Shown here: positions 20,889-31,800 of the stretch, in pieces
How positions within the stretch are numbered: position 1 is the stretch's first letter
Layout of the letters: each line of letters begins with the position of its first letter
Source of the DNA: an uncultured Planctomycetota bacterium
GTDB lineage: Bacteria; Planctomycetota; Planctomycetia; Gemmatales; Gemmataceae
DNA length: 64,000 bases
Assembly (NCBI GenBank): GCA_963849325.1
Contig: CAWKHF010000012.1
Coordinates: forward strand, 160,001 to 224,000
Direction: 5' to 3'
Made by a program: the position numbers and the translations under genes
Notes under the pieces: model-generated
Seen by the model: only the letters and a program-made list of their open reading frames with translations
What the model was told of the DNA's origin: nothing
Databases searched by the model: none

Positions 20889-21033
20889 GAGTCTGTCCCG
20901 GAAGCCCCTCTCCCCCTGTACTCCGGGGGAGAGGGGTTGGGGTGAGGGGGTGTGCTTTCCGCCGGTTTCTCCCCCTCACCCCCAACCCCTCTCCTCCGAG
21001 TACGGGGGAGAGGGGGGCTTGTGGGACAGACTC
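20889..21033. mobile_element. MITE with GAGTCTGTCC terminal inverted repeats and internal CCCCTCTCCCC/GGGGAGAGGGG palindromes
   Basis: GAGTCTGTCC...GGACAGACTC ends, flanked by TGA and TTA; second copy at 60733-60794. Confidence 0.75.
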
Positions 21034-22301
21034 TTACTTCTCGGTCGCCTCCATCGGTTTGGCCGGCTTGACCGCGCTGTCGGCGGCGCCCTTGAACAGC
21101 TCCTTGCTGGGCGGATCGTTGTCGGGAGTGGTGAACCAGGTCAGGTCGCCCGGTTCGGCCAGGTCGCCCTTAATGATGGCCTGCAACGTCTTCGTGCCGC
21201 GATCGACGACCTGGGAGACGTAGGCGTTCTTGCCGCTGTCCGCCTTGAGGGCGGCCAGCGCTTCGCTCAGGCGCGCCGCCTCGATCTTCCACGGCTTCCG
21301 CCGAGCGATGACCTCCTTGCCGCGATCCTCGTTGGCGGCGACGCCCAGCGCGGCGATGGCCTTGCCGATCAGGTTGGCCGCGTAATCGGGCTGATAACTC
21401 TTGTCCTGCGCCGACAGCACGCGGGCCAGTCCCAGGGCCGCCTCCACGCGCTCATCGACTCGCGGCGACGGCTGGATGCGCTCGTCGTCGCCGGCGAACC
21501 GCGCCAGCGTCAGCGCCGGCCGAAGCTTGTCGTTGAACGCCGACGTGCGGACCTGCGCCAGCGCCCGCACCGCCTCGCGGCGCAGCATCCGATAACCGTC
21601 CAGCTCCTCCAACGAGGGCTCGGCCGGCAGGTCCGGCTTGCGTTCGAGGAACGCGATGAGCGCCCCGCTGCACTTGGCCTCCTCGTCCTTGCTCATCACG
21701 GGCGGCATGGGCTGCAGCGCCGCTCGGGCCAGCAGCGCGCGCAGGCCGCGCAGGGCGTAGAAGCGGATGTCGTCCCTCTGGTTGGCGTCCTGGAGCAGGG
21801 CCAGAAGCGTTTCGGCCAGCTTGCCCTCACCCAGCTCGGCCACCTTCGCCAGGACGCGAGCGTTGTAGAGCTTGTGGATCGGCTTGGCCTTGTCGTACTG
21901 GATGACCTCCAGGGCGCGGAGACGCACCTTCTCGCGGTAGATGTCGGCCAGACCCTGCGTATTGGGCTTGTTGCGATTGATGTCGTTCAGATCGCCCTCG
22001 AATTCCTTGAAGGCGCGATCAACCTGACCGGGGCGTTCGTCGAGGTGGTTGAGGTAGACGCGATAGGTGGCATACTTGGCAATTACGTCGATGGCCTCGA
22101 CGTGCGACTTGTCGTTGGGGTCGGCCTGTACCTGTCCCTTGAACAGCGCGGGGATGAGCTGGCGGTGCGCGCGGTACTTGTTCTCCAGGACGGCCATGCC
22201 GTCGTTGAGGGTTTGCGCCGCAGCGCGCCGAGCGGCGACAGCGCCAATGCGCCCAATGCCAGGGTCCATATCCGATTCGACCGACGAGTATGCGGAGTCA
22301 T
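21034..22301 (-). CDS. Hypothetical exported alpha-helical (HEAT-like) protein, probable frameshift in the N-terminus
   Basis: GC3-biased ORF; the likely start MTPHTRRSNRIWTLALGALALSPLGA looks like a signal peptide and joins the main frame near 22225. Confidence 0.65.
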
Positions 22302-22413
22302 CAGCAGCCACCTCAAGATATGCGTTCTCACGAAGTCCCGGCCCGGAGGAGAGCGAAGGTTTTCCAAGAAGACGGGCCGATGTTGTGAGGCTAACAGCCG
22401 AGTATAACCCCTG

Positions 22414-23265
22414 TCAACAGGGGCCGATGGCGCGTTTCGCCCCAGAGAGAAAACCCCGTGGGGGAGGCGGACGTTGGCGCGACTCGTGCCAACCGTCGGC
22501 GGCATGGCGGCGGCAGGCGAGATAGAGAGAACGGTGCTCGGCGGGCGTGAGATAGCTGAACGGCGCGGCGGACTCGGCGGCACGGAGCCAACGCCGCGCC
22601 GGCTGGTCCTGACCCAGACACGCCCAGACCTCGTGTAGATACCAGCACGGCCGGGCCTCGTCGGGCCGTCGCCGCCGGGCCAGCGTCAACTCGCTGGCGG
22701 CCTGGCACAGCAGACCCTCGCTCGACGGCTCGGCGTCGGCGTCGGACAACTCGCCGCGCCGCCGCGCCAGCCAGTACAGGCCGATGCCGCGGTGCAGGTG
22801 CATCGCGTACTCGTCTTCCTCGGCCTGGGCGATGTCGAGCAATCGACTGTGACAATGGACCAGGTGCTGCCGAGCCAGCGCGTCGTGGTCCTGCAAGTCC
22901 GCATCGAAGCGCTCGAACTGTGCGCGGGCGGCCTCGGTTCGATCCAGGCGCAGCAGCAACTCCGCGTACTGGCCGCGAACGACACAGTGGTCCGGCTGCG
23001 TCCGCAGGTAGCGCTCCAGCTGCTCGGCCGCCAACTCGTCCTGCCCCAGCGCGAGGTAAGCGGCCGCCAGACTCAGATAATTGCGGACCAACTCGGGGTC
23101 TTGCGCCAGGCTCAGCCGGAAGGAGGCGATGGCCTGTTCCGTCTGTCCTTCGAGCAGGGCTTGCTGCCCCTTTTGCCAGGCCGGCAGACCCGTCGATGGT
23201 GCGGCCGGTTGGGTCGCCTGCGCCGGCAGTAGAAGGGCGAGAACGATCCAGGCGTGACAGGTCAT
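22414..23265 (-). CDS. Tetratricopeptide repeat protein with signal peptide
   Basis: TPR-like helices (NYLSLAAAYLALGQDELA, YAELLLRLDRTEAA) and a hydrophobic N-terminus. Confidence 0.75.
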   Translation of the reverse strand: MTCHAWIVLALLLPAQATQPAAPSTGLPAWQKGQQALLEGQTEQAIASFRLSLAQDPELVRNYLSLAAAYLALGQDELAAEQLERYLRTQPDHCVVRGQYAELLLRLDRTEAARAQFERFDADLQDHDALARQHLVHCHSRLLDIAQAEEDEYAMHLHRGIGLYWLARRRGELSDADAEPSSEGLLCQAASELTLARRRRPDEARPCWYLHEVWACLGQDQPARRWLRAAESAAPFSYLTPAEHRSLYLACRRHAADGWHESRQRPPPPRGFLSGAKRAIGPC

Positions 23266-23411
23266 CGGCGGGACCTCAACGTGTGACCCCGGGCGGAGGG
23301 AAGCATCCACACACGTTATCGCCCGGCCTGAAGTGCGGGATTGACCGAAAAGAGGGAATGTGCGGGAAGAAGGGGTGAAAACAGAGAAGAGATAACAGCG
23401 CAGTTCCGAAC

Positions 23412-23450
23412 GCCGCTTGCGGCTTAGCGAAGCGCTAAGCCGCAAGCGGC
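23412..23450. repeat. REP-like palindrome, family E (GCCGCTTGCGGCTTAGCG)
   Basis: Perfect inverted repeat; related copy at 60711-60809. Confidence 0.85.
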
Positions 23451-23466
23451 ACGTACAACGACACGC

Positions 23467-24303
23467 TTAATCCGCGTGCATGCTCTCGCTGAGTTTGCCC
23501 AGCGCTTCGCTCTCGATCTGGCGGACGCGCTCGCGGGTCAGGCCGAGGCGTTCGCCGATCTCCTTGAGCGTCTTCGGCTCCTCGTCGTCCAGGCCGAAAC
23601 GCATGCGCAGCACGGTCGCCTCGCGCTTGTCCATCTTGCCGAGCAGATCGAGGACGTGATGCAGGTCGTCGGCCTCGACCATCTCGGTGTCGGGCGTCTT
23701 GGTGTGGCCGTCCATGAGCATCTCGTCGAGCGACCAGCCGGACTCGGCCTGGTCGGTCTGCGGCGCCGAGTTGTAGACGCGGATGGCCTTCTTGATGATG
23801 TTGAGCTTCTTTTTCGGCAGGTTGAGGCTGCGGGCGATCTCTTCCTGAGTCGGCGGACGGCCCAGCTCTTCCTGCAGCTTGGCGCTGGCGCGGCGCCACT
23901 TGGCCAGCAGTTCGACCATGTAGGCGGGGATGCGGATGGTCTTGGCCGTGTTGACCAGGGCGCGCTTGATCGACTGCTTGATCCAGTAACTGGCGTAGGT
24001 GCTGAAGCGCGTGTTCATCGACGGGTCGAAGCCCTCGACGGCGCGCAGCAGGCCGAGGTTGCCTTCCTCGATCAGGTCTTGCAGGCCCAGCCCCTTGCCG
24101 GTGTAGCTGCGGGCGATGTTGACCACCAGGCGCAGGTTGGCGCGGACCATGCGGTCGCGGGCCTCGCTGTCGCCGTCCTCGATGCGGTAGGCCAGCTGCT
24201 TCTCTTCCTCGGCGTTGAGCAGGGGGGTTTCGTTGATCTCGCGGAGATACGTTTCCAGTGGCGACTGGACCGAATCATTCCGTAGACGGCGCGGTCGTGT
24301 CAT
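23467..24303 (-). CDS. RNA polymerase sigma factor, RpoD/RpoS-like without region 1.1
   Basis: YLREINETPLL, ANLRLVVNIA, DLIEEGNLGL, RFSTYASYWIKQSI, TLKEIGERLGLTRERVRQIE. Confidence 0.93.
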   Translation of the reverse strand: MTRPRRLRNDSVQSPLETYLREINETPLLNAEEEKQLAYRIEDGDSEARDRMVRANLRLVVNIARSYTGKGLGLQDLIEEGNLGLLRAVEGFDPSMNTRFSTYASYWIKQSIKRALVNTAKTIRIPAYMVELLAKWRRASAKLQEELGRPPTQEEIARSLNLPKKKLNIIKKAIRVYNSAPQTDQAESGWSLDEMLMDGHTKTPDTEMVEADDLHHVLDLLGKMDKREATVLRMRFGLDDEEPKTLKEIGERLGLTRERVRQIESEALGKLSESMHAD

Positions 24304-24693
24304 GGGGAGTTTTCCAGCGCGGTGAGGGTGACCCAGTCTACAGTTCCAACTTTAGGTCAAACTTGGAGCGATGCCAAAAACCGGCCGGCGTTTTGACGCC
24401 GGCACGATTTTTCGCCGGGAGCACAATCCATTGCTCCCTCGCCCAAGTTATCGTCCTTGACAGCCGCGTCGCGCTGGATGAGTCGGTTCGCGCGGCGGAC
24501 AAGGTGCCGACGCCGACCCCGGCAGGAGACGAGCAATCGCTCAGACCGGTCCACCCTCCTCTCCCCCTACGCAGCGGACAGGCCGCGCAACCGCTGCGAC
24601 CGTCAACGCAAACGCCTCCCCCATCGCTCCCGGCCCCGCGGACACTCATGTGTCCAGAGGACGGGAGGAAGGAGGAGGCGTCCATGTTTTTTA

Positions 24694-24765
24694 TCCGAGC
24701 CTGAAGCGTAAGCGAAGAGATGGCAACCGAGGGGACCATCTCTTCGCTTACGCTTCAGGCTCGGA
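24694..24765. repeat. REP-like palindrome, family B (TCCGAGCCTGAAGCGTAAGCGAAG)
   Basis: Inverted arms; copies at 50346-50414 and 58365-58430. Confidence 0.9.
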
Positions 24766-24785
24766 GGCGTTGCTTCGGATAGTTG

Positions 24786-26596
24786 TTACTCCTTCTCGGG
24801 GGCCGGCGGCTCGGGCATGCTGAACAGCTGCCCGCCGCCGGCGCCGGTGCCGCCGCGCAGCTCGCGCTTGGGTCCGGCGCCCTTGCCCTCGGCCGCCTCC
24901 TCGGCGGCCTCGGCCTCCTCGCTCTCCTCCTTGGTCCACGTCAGCCGCTTGCGGCTCAGACCGATCTTGCGATCGGCCGCGTCCACGCGCAGGACCTTGA
25001 CCTCGATCTCGTCGCCGACTGCTTGACCACGTCCTCGGGGCTTTCGACCTTGTGGTCGGCCAACTCCGAGATGTGCAGCAGGCCCTCCAGGCCCGGCTCC
25101 AGCTCAACGAACACGCCGAAGTTCGTCAGCTTCGTCACCTTGCCCTTCTTGATCTCGCCGGGCTTGTAACGGCCGGGGATGTCGCCCTCCCACGGATCGT
25201 TGTTCATCTGCTTGAGGCCCAAGGCGATGCGCTTGCGCTCCTGATCGACGTTGAGCACCACGCACGTCACCTTGTCGCCCTTGGCGACGACCTCGCTGGG
25301 ATGGGCCACCTTGCGCACCCAGCTCATGTCGCTGACGTGCAAGAGGCCGTCGATGCCCTCCTCGATCTCGATGAAGGCGCCGTAGTTGGTCAGGTTGCGG
25401 ACGACGCCGCTGATGACGGTGCCCGGCGGATAGCGCTCGGCCACCTTGTCCCACGGATTGGGCTGCACCTGCTTCATGCCCAGGGAGATTTCCTGCTTCT
25501 CCTTGTTGATGTTGAGGACCTGCACCTCGATCTGGTCGCCGATGGAGACCAGCTCGCTGGGGTGGTTGATGCGCTTGGTCCAGCTCATTTCGCTGATGTG
25601 GACCAACCCCTCGATGCCCGGCTCCAGCTTGACGAAGGCGCCGTAGCTCATGACGTTGACGACTTCGCCGGTGTGACGGCTGCCGACCGGGTACTTGTCG
25701 GCCACGTTCTGCCACGGGCTGGGCGACTTGTGCTTGAGCGACAGGGCGATCTTTTCCTTGTCCTTGTCCACCTGCAGGATGTACACCTCGAGCTGCTGAT
25801 CGATGTGGACAACTTCGTGCGGATTGTTGACGCGGCCCCAGCTCATGTCGGTGATGTGCAAGAGGCCGTCGATGCCGCCCAGGTCCACGAAGGCGCCGAA
25901 CTCGGCGATGTTCTTGACGACGCCCTTGCGGAGCTGGCCGATCTCGATCTCGCTGAGGAGCTTCTTCTTCATCTCCTCGCGCTGATCTTCGAGCAGCTTG
26001 CGACGGCTGACGACGATGTTGCGGCGCGCCTCGTCGATCTTGAGGATCTTGCACTCGATGGTCTTGTTGATGTAGTCGGCGATGTCCGGCGGCCGGCGGA
26101 TGTCCACCTGGCTGGCCGGCAGAAAGACGTTGACGCCGATGTTGACGAGCAGACCGCCCTTGATCTTGCGTGTGACCAGGCCGGAGACGACGTCGCCCTC
26201 CTTGTGCTTGGCGATGACGTCTTCCCATTCCTTCTGCCGCTTGGCCTTGCGATAGCTCAGGACGATGGCGCCGCCCTCGTCCTCGACGGCGTCGAGCAGG
26301 ACCTGGATCTCTTCGCCGACCTGCGGCGGATGGACCTTGTCGTCGCCCTCGTCGTACCACTCCTGCAAGGGGATGATGCCCTCGCTCTTGTAGCCGACGT
26401 CCACGACCACGTCGTCGCCGACGATGTTGACGACGCGGCCCTTGATGATCTTGTTGACCTCGAAGTCCTGTTCCTCCGGCGGCAGCCAGGTCTCGACGTC
26501 GGCGCCGGTGTCCAGGCGCGTGAAGGCGTCGTGGAGTTCCTGTTGCAGCTCGGTTTCGGAAAGATCGAACTGACGAAGCAAATTACGATTGACCAT
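24786..26596 (-). CDS. rpsA: 30S ribosomal protein S1 (frameshift near 25020)
   Basis: Six S1 repeats (VDVGYKSEG, FGAFVDLGGIDGLLHITDMSW, YGAFVKLEPGIEGLVHISEMSW, and others). Confidence 0.97.
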
Positions 26597-26831
26597 ACAA
26601 CCAGGCATCCTCTCCGCCGGTCCCCTCCTGGCCCGTGCTTGCGCGGCGGGCTGGTGAGATCGGCGACGTGCGAAACGAAAAAAGGCGGTTCGTTTCCAGC
26701 CGTCCACCCTGGCCGGCTTCCGAGGAGACGATCAATCCGCCATTATAGGAGATGCTCAAGCCCGACACCAGGGAGGGAAAGGGAAGATGGGCCGACAAGC
26801 CCCGAGCGCGAGCGAGGGGGAAGGGATCGAT

Positions 26832-27005
26832 TCAGGCGCAGAGATCGAGCCAGTGTTGCAGGTCGGTGATTTCAAAGGCGTTGGCCAGGGCAGGCGCGTC
26901 GTCGCTGTCGAAGTCGGCGGCATCCCAGGCTTCCTCGACCGCCCGGTTTCTCCAGGCGACGAAGTCTTCCAGCGGCGACAGCGGGCCAGACAGTTGGATG
27001 GTCAT
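26832..27005 (-). CDS. Small acidic hypothetical protein (57 aa)
   Basis: Purine-rich RBS before the ATG; GC3-biased codons; ends LQHWLDLCA. Confidence 0.5.
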   Translation of the reverse strand: MTIQLSGPLSPLEDFVAWRNRAVEEAWDAADFDSDDAPALANAFEITDLQHWLDLCA

Positions 27006-27263
27006 GTCTCTCCCCCTTCCAGGGGAGGGACGCACGGCGCGGCCAAACTTGCGCGATTGGATAGGAAAGTCTGGTTTCTTGCTCTCAACCGTCGCTTCGT
27101 CTGCCATCCTGACGCCTGGATCATCCTTCTTACCACCATCCTGATCTTGTGCCCTTTCCATGATCCCCTTGGAGCGTTCACAGTCTCCTCTCACCCCTTC
27201 CCGTTTGTCGCGACGGCTCCGACAATGCCCCTGTTGTCTTCTCCTTGCGAAAGGAAGCATGCC

Positions 27264-29096
27264 ATGTCTGCCTCCACCAGCGCCGTCTCCAACGGCCGTC
27301 CCACCAGCAGCGCCGACCGCGTCGCCTGGGATCTGTCCGACCTCTACGCCGGCGTGGACGATCCCAACATCGGCCGCGATCTCGACGCCTCCCTGCGCGC
27401 GGCGCAGGCGTTCGAGTCCACCTACCGCGGCCGGATCGACGTATCCGGTGGACCTCCGGCGGACTTCCTGCTCGCCGCCGTGCGCGAGTTGGAAGAGTTG
27501 TGCGAGCAGATGGACCGACCGATCATCTACGCCGGTCTGGTACACGCTGCTAAGACCGACGATCCCAGGCACGGCGCCCTGCTGGCCCGCACTCGCGAGC
27601 AGCGCACCGTCATCAATAAACATTTGATCTTTTTCGATCTCGAATGGGTCAAGGTCGCCGACGATGCCGTCGCCCGTCTGCTCGACGAGCCGTCGCTGGC
27701 CCGCTATCGCCATTACCTGGAACAGAAACGCGCCTGGCGACCGCACTACCTGAGCGAGCCGGAAGAGAAAATCCTCGAAGAGAAGGGCGTCACCGGCCGG
27801 GCCGCCTTCGTCCGCCTGTTCGATGAGACCGTGGCGTCACTGCGCTTCCCCTTTGAATACGGCGGCGAGACGGACTCGCTGTCGTTGCAGCAGATCAACG
27901 CCCGCCTCTACGATGCTGACCGTGGCGCTCGCCGCGCCGCCGCCGACGGCCTGACCCACGGTCTGCGCGACAACGCTCGTCTCTTGACGTACCTCATGAA
28001 CACGCTGGTCCTCGACCATCGCTCCGACTGCAACCTGCGCCACTTCGATGATCCGATGGGACCGCGCCACCTCGCCAACGAGATCCGCCCTTCCGTCGTC
28101 GCCGCCCTGCTGACGGCAACCGAGCGCTACCACGGCACGGTGCAGCGTTACTACCGCCTCAAGGGCCGGCTGCTGGGCCTGGAGCAACTGGACGATTACG
28201 ATCGCTATGCTCCGCTGTTCGCCGACATGCCGGCCTGCGATTGGCCGACGGCGCAGAGCATCGTGCAGGAGAGCTACCAGGCGTTCAGCCCGCGGGCCGG
28301 CGCGGTCATCGGCGAGTTCTTCGACAAGAGCTGGATCGACGCCGAGCTGCGCGACGGCAAGCGCGGCGGCGCCTTCAGCAGCAGCACCGTGCCCAGCGCC
28401 CACCCCTACATCCTGATGAACTTCACCGACAAGCTGCGCGACGTGATGACCCTGGCCCACGAGCTGGGCCACGGTTTGCATCAATACCTGTCGCGCGGCG
28501 TCGGTTACTTGCAGTGCGATACGCCGCTGACGACGGCGGAGATGGCCAGCGTCTTCGGCGAGATGTTGACCTTCCAGCGCCTGCAACAACGCTATCCCGA
28601 GCCGCGCATTCGCCTGGCTATGCTGTGCAGCAAGATCGAGGACAGCTTCGCCACCGTGTTTCGACAAGTGGTGTTGACGCGCTTCGAGCAAGCGCTGCAC
28701 CAGGCCCGCCACGAGCGCGGCGAGCTGACGACGGAGCAGATCAACGAGCTGTGGCTGGCGGCCAACCGGCCGATGCACGGCGACGTGGTGCGGCTGACGG
28801 ACGGCTACGGCTGGTGGTGGATGTACATTGGTCATTTCGTCCACGTGCCGTTCTACTGCTACGCCTATGCCTTCGGCGAACTGCTGGTGCTGGCCCTGGT
28901 GCAGAAGTATAAACAGGAAGGCTCGGCGTTTGTGCCGCGCTACCTGGAGTTGCTGTCGGCCGGCGGCTCCGACGCGCCGCATCTGCTACTCGGCAAGCTC
29001 GGCGTCGATGTGAACGATCCGGCGTTCTGGGAGCTGGGGCTGCGCTTGCTCGACGGCATGGTCGCCGAGGCCGAGGAGTTGGCGCGGAATGTTTAG
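27264..29096 (+). CDS. pepF: M3B oligoendopeptidase F
   Basis: WDLSDLY, GKRGGAFS, TLAHELGHGLH (HExxH), AEMASVFGE, HFVHVPFYCYAYAFG. Confidence 0.92.
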   Translation: MSASTSAVSNGRPTSSADRVAWDLSDLYAGVDDPNIGRDLDASLRAAQAFESTYRGRIDVSGGPPADFLLAAVRELEELCEQMDRPIIYAGLVHAAKTDDPRHGALLARTREQRTVINKHLIFFDLEWVKVADDAVARLLDEPSLARYRHYLEQKRAWRPHYLSEPEEKILEEKGVTGRAAFVRLFDETVASLRFPFEYGGETDSLSLQQINARLYDADRGARRAAADGLTHGLRDNARLLTYLMNTLVLDHRSDCNLRHFDDPMGPRHLANEIRPSVVAALLTATERYHGTVQRYYRLKGRLLGLEQLDDYDRYAPLFADMPACDWPTAQSIVQESYQAFSPRAGAVIGEFFDKSWIDAELRDGKRGGAFSSSTVPSAHPYILMNFTDKLRDVMTLAHELGHGLHQYLSRGVGYLQCDTPLTTAEMASVFGEMLTFQRLQQRYPEPRIRLAMLCSKIEDSFATVFRQVVLTRFEQALHQARHERGELTTEQINELWLAANRPMHGDVVRLTDGYGWWWMYIGHFVHVPFYCYAYAFGELLVLALVQKYKQEGSAFVPRYLELLSAGGSDAPHLLLGKLGVDVNDPAFWELGLRLLDGMVAEAEELARNV

Positions 29097-29156
29097 CCGC
29101 GACGCGCAGCGGAGCGCGGGAATGCTCCCGCGCCCCGCTGCGCGTCGCGGCTAAAC
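29091..29156. repeat. REP-like palindrome, family D (GTTTAGCCGCGACGCGCAGCGG)
   Basis: Inverted arms between convergent genes; copy at 54844-54902. Confidence 0.85.
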
Positions 29157-30411
29157 TTATTTCATCGCTTTCAACTCAAATCGATGTGCGATCGGCCGCG
29201 CTTTCTTGTAGATTTCCTTTTCCATCGATTGAATATCCTCCATGAGTTTCCGCAATTCCTTCGGCTTGCGTTCGTCGTACACATCGCCCAGCCAGTAGGG
29301 CCGCGGTGCCATCACTACCTGGCGGAAGCGCTTGTGGACGATGCCGTTCTTGGCGTTGATCTTCTGCAACACATCCTTGCCCTGCTCGAACAGCGGTCCC
29401 GTGTCGAGGTTGCCGAGGTTGACGCCTTCGCCCAGCTCCTCCGCGGTGAACTCGCCAACCTTCTTGTCATCGATGCTCAGAGCGTATTTGCCGCCCGTCA
29501 ACCCCTTCACCTTCAGACCATAGTAATTGAGGTCGCGGAGTTGGTTGACGTAGGGCAAGAGAGGCCGCCAATCCGGCAGGATCGGCATGGGCAGGGCCGC
29601 GTCGGTGCGCCGGAACGAGATGCCGTCGGAGGCGACGTTCAGTTCCTCGACGGTGCAGTCGAGAGGAGTCACCTTGCGCTGGGCGGCGTCGATCTCGACG
29701 TTGCTGACGCGGGCCGGCGCCTTGAGTCCGGTAAGGATGGTGTGGGCCATGAGCAGGCCGCCGGCGCCGTTGGTATGCACGGCGTCGGGGAAGGGACTGA
29801 CCTTGGCGTCGTCCGCCGCGATCTTCGCCAGCACCTTGCGCGTCACGGCGTACTGATCGACGAACGGGACGTTGTACTTCAGGGCCAGCTCGCTGCAGGG
29901 GAGCGTAGAACTTTTTCTGCGTCTCCAGGTACGTCTCCCACTTGAGCTTTTCTTTCGGCCGGGCGCGGACCTCGACGGCGTTGGGCGAGATGAGGACGAC
30001 GCGCACGCCGGCCTTCTGGGCGGCCTTGAGCATGGCCTCGGTGTTCTGGAGGAACTGCTGGGCGGACTGGGGGTTGAACGTGCCGTAGCCGCCGTCGTTC
30101 ATGCCGAAGTCGATGGTGACGACCGTGGGCTTCTCGGCCAGGACGTGCTCGGCGAAGCGGCCGGCGCCGCCGGTGGCCGTATCGCCGCTGATGCCGGCGT
30201 TGAGGAAAGTCATGCCGACCTGGGGAAAGCGCGTCGTCAGGTACAGCTCGATGTCGGTCGAATACTGATACTGCTCGGTGATGCTGTCGCCGAGGAAGAC
30301 GACGCGGTCGCCCTTGCCGAAGAAGAAGTTGTCCATCGGCGTCGCCGCCCGTAGCGGCGTCGAAACGAGGACAAGGGCCAGCAGGGACAGGTACGAGGTG
30401 CGGCGGTTCAT
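29157..30411 (-). CDS. Secreted SGNH/GDSL hydrolase (frameshift near 29897)
   Basis: Signal peptide, VFLGDSITEQ, NAGISGD, DFGMNDG, PDAVH. Confidence 0.9.
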
Positions 30412-30794
30412 GCGGGTATCTCCGTGGGATGATCCAGTCCCGTTGTAACGAAGCCCTGCCAGCGCGGCAAACCTTTTCCGTTCCTTTGTCCGGCGACAAG
30501 AGAAATGTCCGCCGCGAGGGGTCCGGGGGCGTCCGAGCTAGCACGACAAAATGGCGAACGGTCAGCCTCAGCAGCCAGGTTGGCCCACCAGCCGACTGAC
30601 GCCGGCCGTTCGCCCCTAACCAAACCCATTCCCATTTCGGATTCAGCTTGACAGGGACGGTCAAACCTGCGACGGATGGATAGATGAGACGTTTTCTACT
30701 CGCGAGGTAATCCCGCACGGATTTCTGAGGCACGAGGGACGCCCCGTCGCTTGGTCTGCGGACGGATGGGGTTGGTTAGGGAGGTCTTCTTTTC

Positions 30795-31112
30795 ATGTTG
30801 CACATTACGTGTGATCTTTGCGGTAAGGAAATCCGGGCCGGACAGGACCATTACGTCGTGAAGATCGAGGTCTTCGCCAAGCACGATCCGGCCCAGTTGA
30901 CCGAGGCGGACCTGGAAGAAGATCACATGGAGGCCGTCGGCCAGTTGTTGCGCGAGATGGAAGATCAGGAAGCCGCCGACGCCATCGAACCGGCACGGCA
31001 CAACCTCCGCTACGATTTGTGCCCCGACTGCCGCACGCGCTATCTCCGCGATCCCCTCAATAAGGAGCTGAACAAGGAAGCCGCTCAGAAGTTCGATTTC
31101 AGCGAGAATTGA
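30795..31112 (+). CDS. Small putative zinc-binding protein
   Basis: CDLC...CPDC cysteine pairs, GGGAGG RBS, typical codon usage. Confidence 0.75.
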   Translation: MLHITCDLCGKEIRAGQDHYVVKIEVFAKHDPAQLTEADLEEDHMEAVGQLLREMEDQEAADAIEPARHNLRYDLCPDCRTRYLRDPLNKELNKEAAQKFDFSEN

Positions 31113-31127
31113 TCGAACGGTTCGTTT

Positions 31128-31800
31128 TCACCTCGATTCGTCCGTCGGCGTGACGGCGGTGACGCGGCCGGACTCGACGCGCACCACCTGCCGCGCCAGG
31201 CGCTCGGCCTCGTCCGCGTTGTGCGTCACGTACAGCGTCGGAATGTCCCACTCGTGCAATACCTGCTCGATGTATCCCAGCACGCGCTGGCGCAGCGCTT
31301 CATCGACCGACGCCAACGGTTCATCCAGCAGCAGCAATCGTGGCCCACACAGCAAGGCGCGGCCCAGGGCAACGCGCTGACGTTGGCCGCCGGACAGCGT
31401 ATGCGGTAGACGGTCGAGCGTGTCATGCCAGCTGGAGCACCTCGACGACGCGCTCCAGCGACGGCGGGCGGGCATCGGGCGGCCGGCGCCGCCAGCCGTA
31501 CAGCAGATTGCGGCGCACGCTCAGGTGCGGAAACAGCATGTAATCCTGGAACACGTAGCCGATGCGGCGCGACTCCGGCGGCAGATCCACCCCCGCGGCG
31601 CTGTCGAACAGCACGGTCGAATCGAGGCGAATGCGGCCGTGCCGCGGCCGGAGCAGGCCGGCCAGGACGGACAGAATGGTCGTCTTGCCGCTGCCGGATG
31701 GTCCGCTGAGGACGGTGATGGAGGTCCGCGTCGTGAAGGCGGCGTCCAGGGTGAAGCCCGTGGGGTAGTGCAGCCGGCAGGCGAACTCAAGGCGAATCAC
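31128..31800 (-). CDS. modC: Molybdate ABC transporter ATP-binding subunit (frameshift near 31425)
   Basis: [38 protein letters not shown]; lies downstream of modB. Confidence 0.9.

Noticed and set aside
24376-24411. Attenuator hairpin upstream of the sigma-70 gene
   Set aside because: Only an 8-bp stem with a short, offset U-tract; too weak to support without expression data.
25010-25030. Programmed frameshifting or pseudogenisation of rpsA and the other split genes
   Set aside because: Indels are scattered over unrelated genes with no shared slippery site; sequencing error is the simpler explanation.
25052-26869. 605-aa ORF antisense to rpsA (likewise 23476-24285, 11185-12927, 8665-10179)
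   Set aside because: Shadow ORFs expected from high-GC codon bias; no recognisable motifs.
30411-30795. Riboswitch or ncRNA (for example Moco) in the intergenic region near modABC
   Set aside because: It lies downstream rather than upstream of modA, and I see no recognisable conserved motif.
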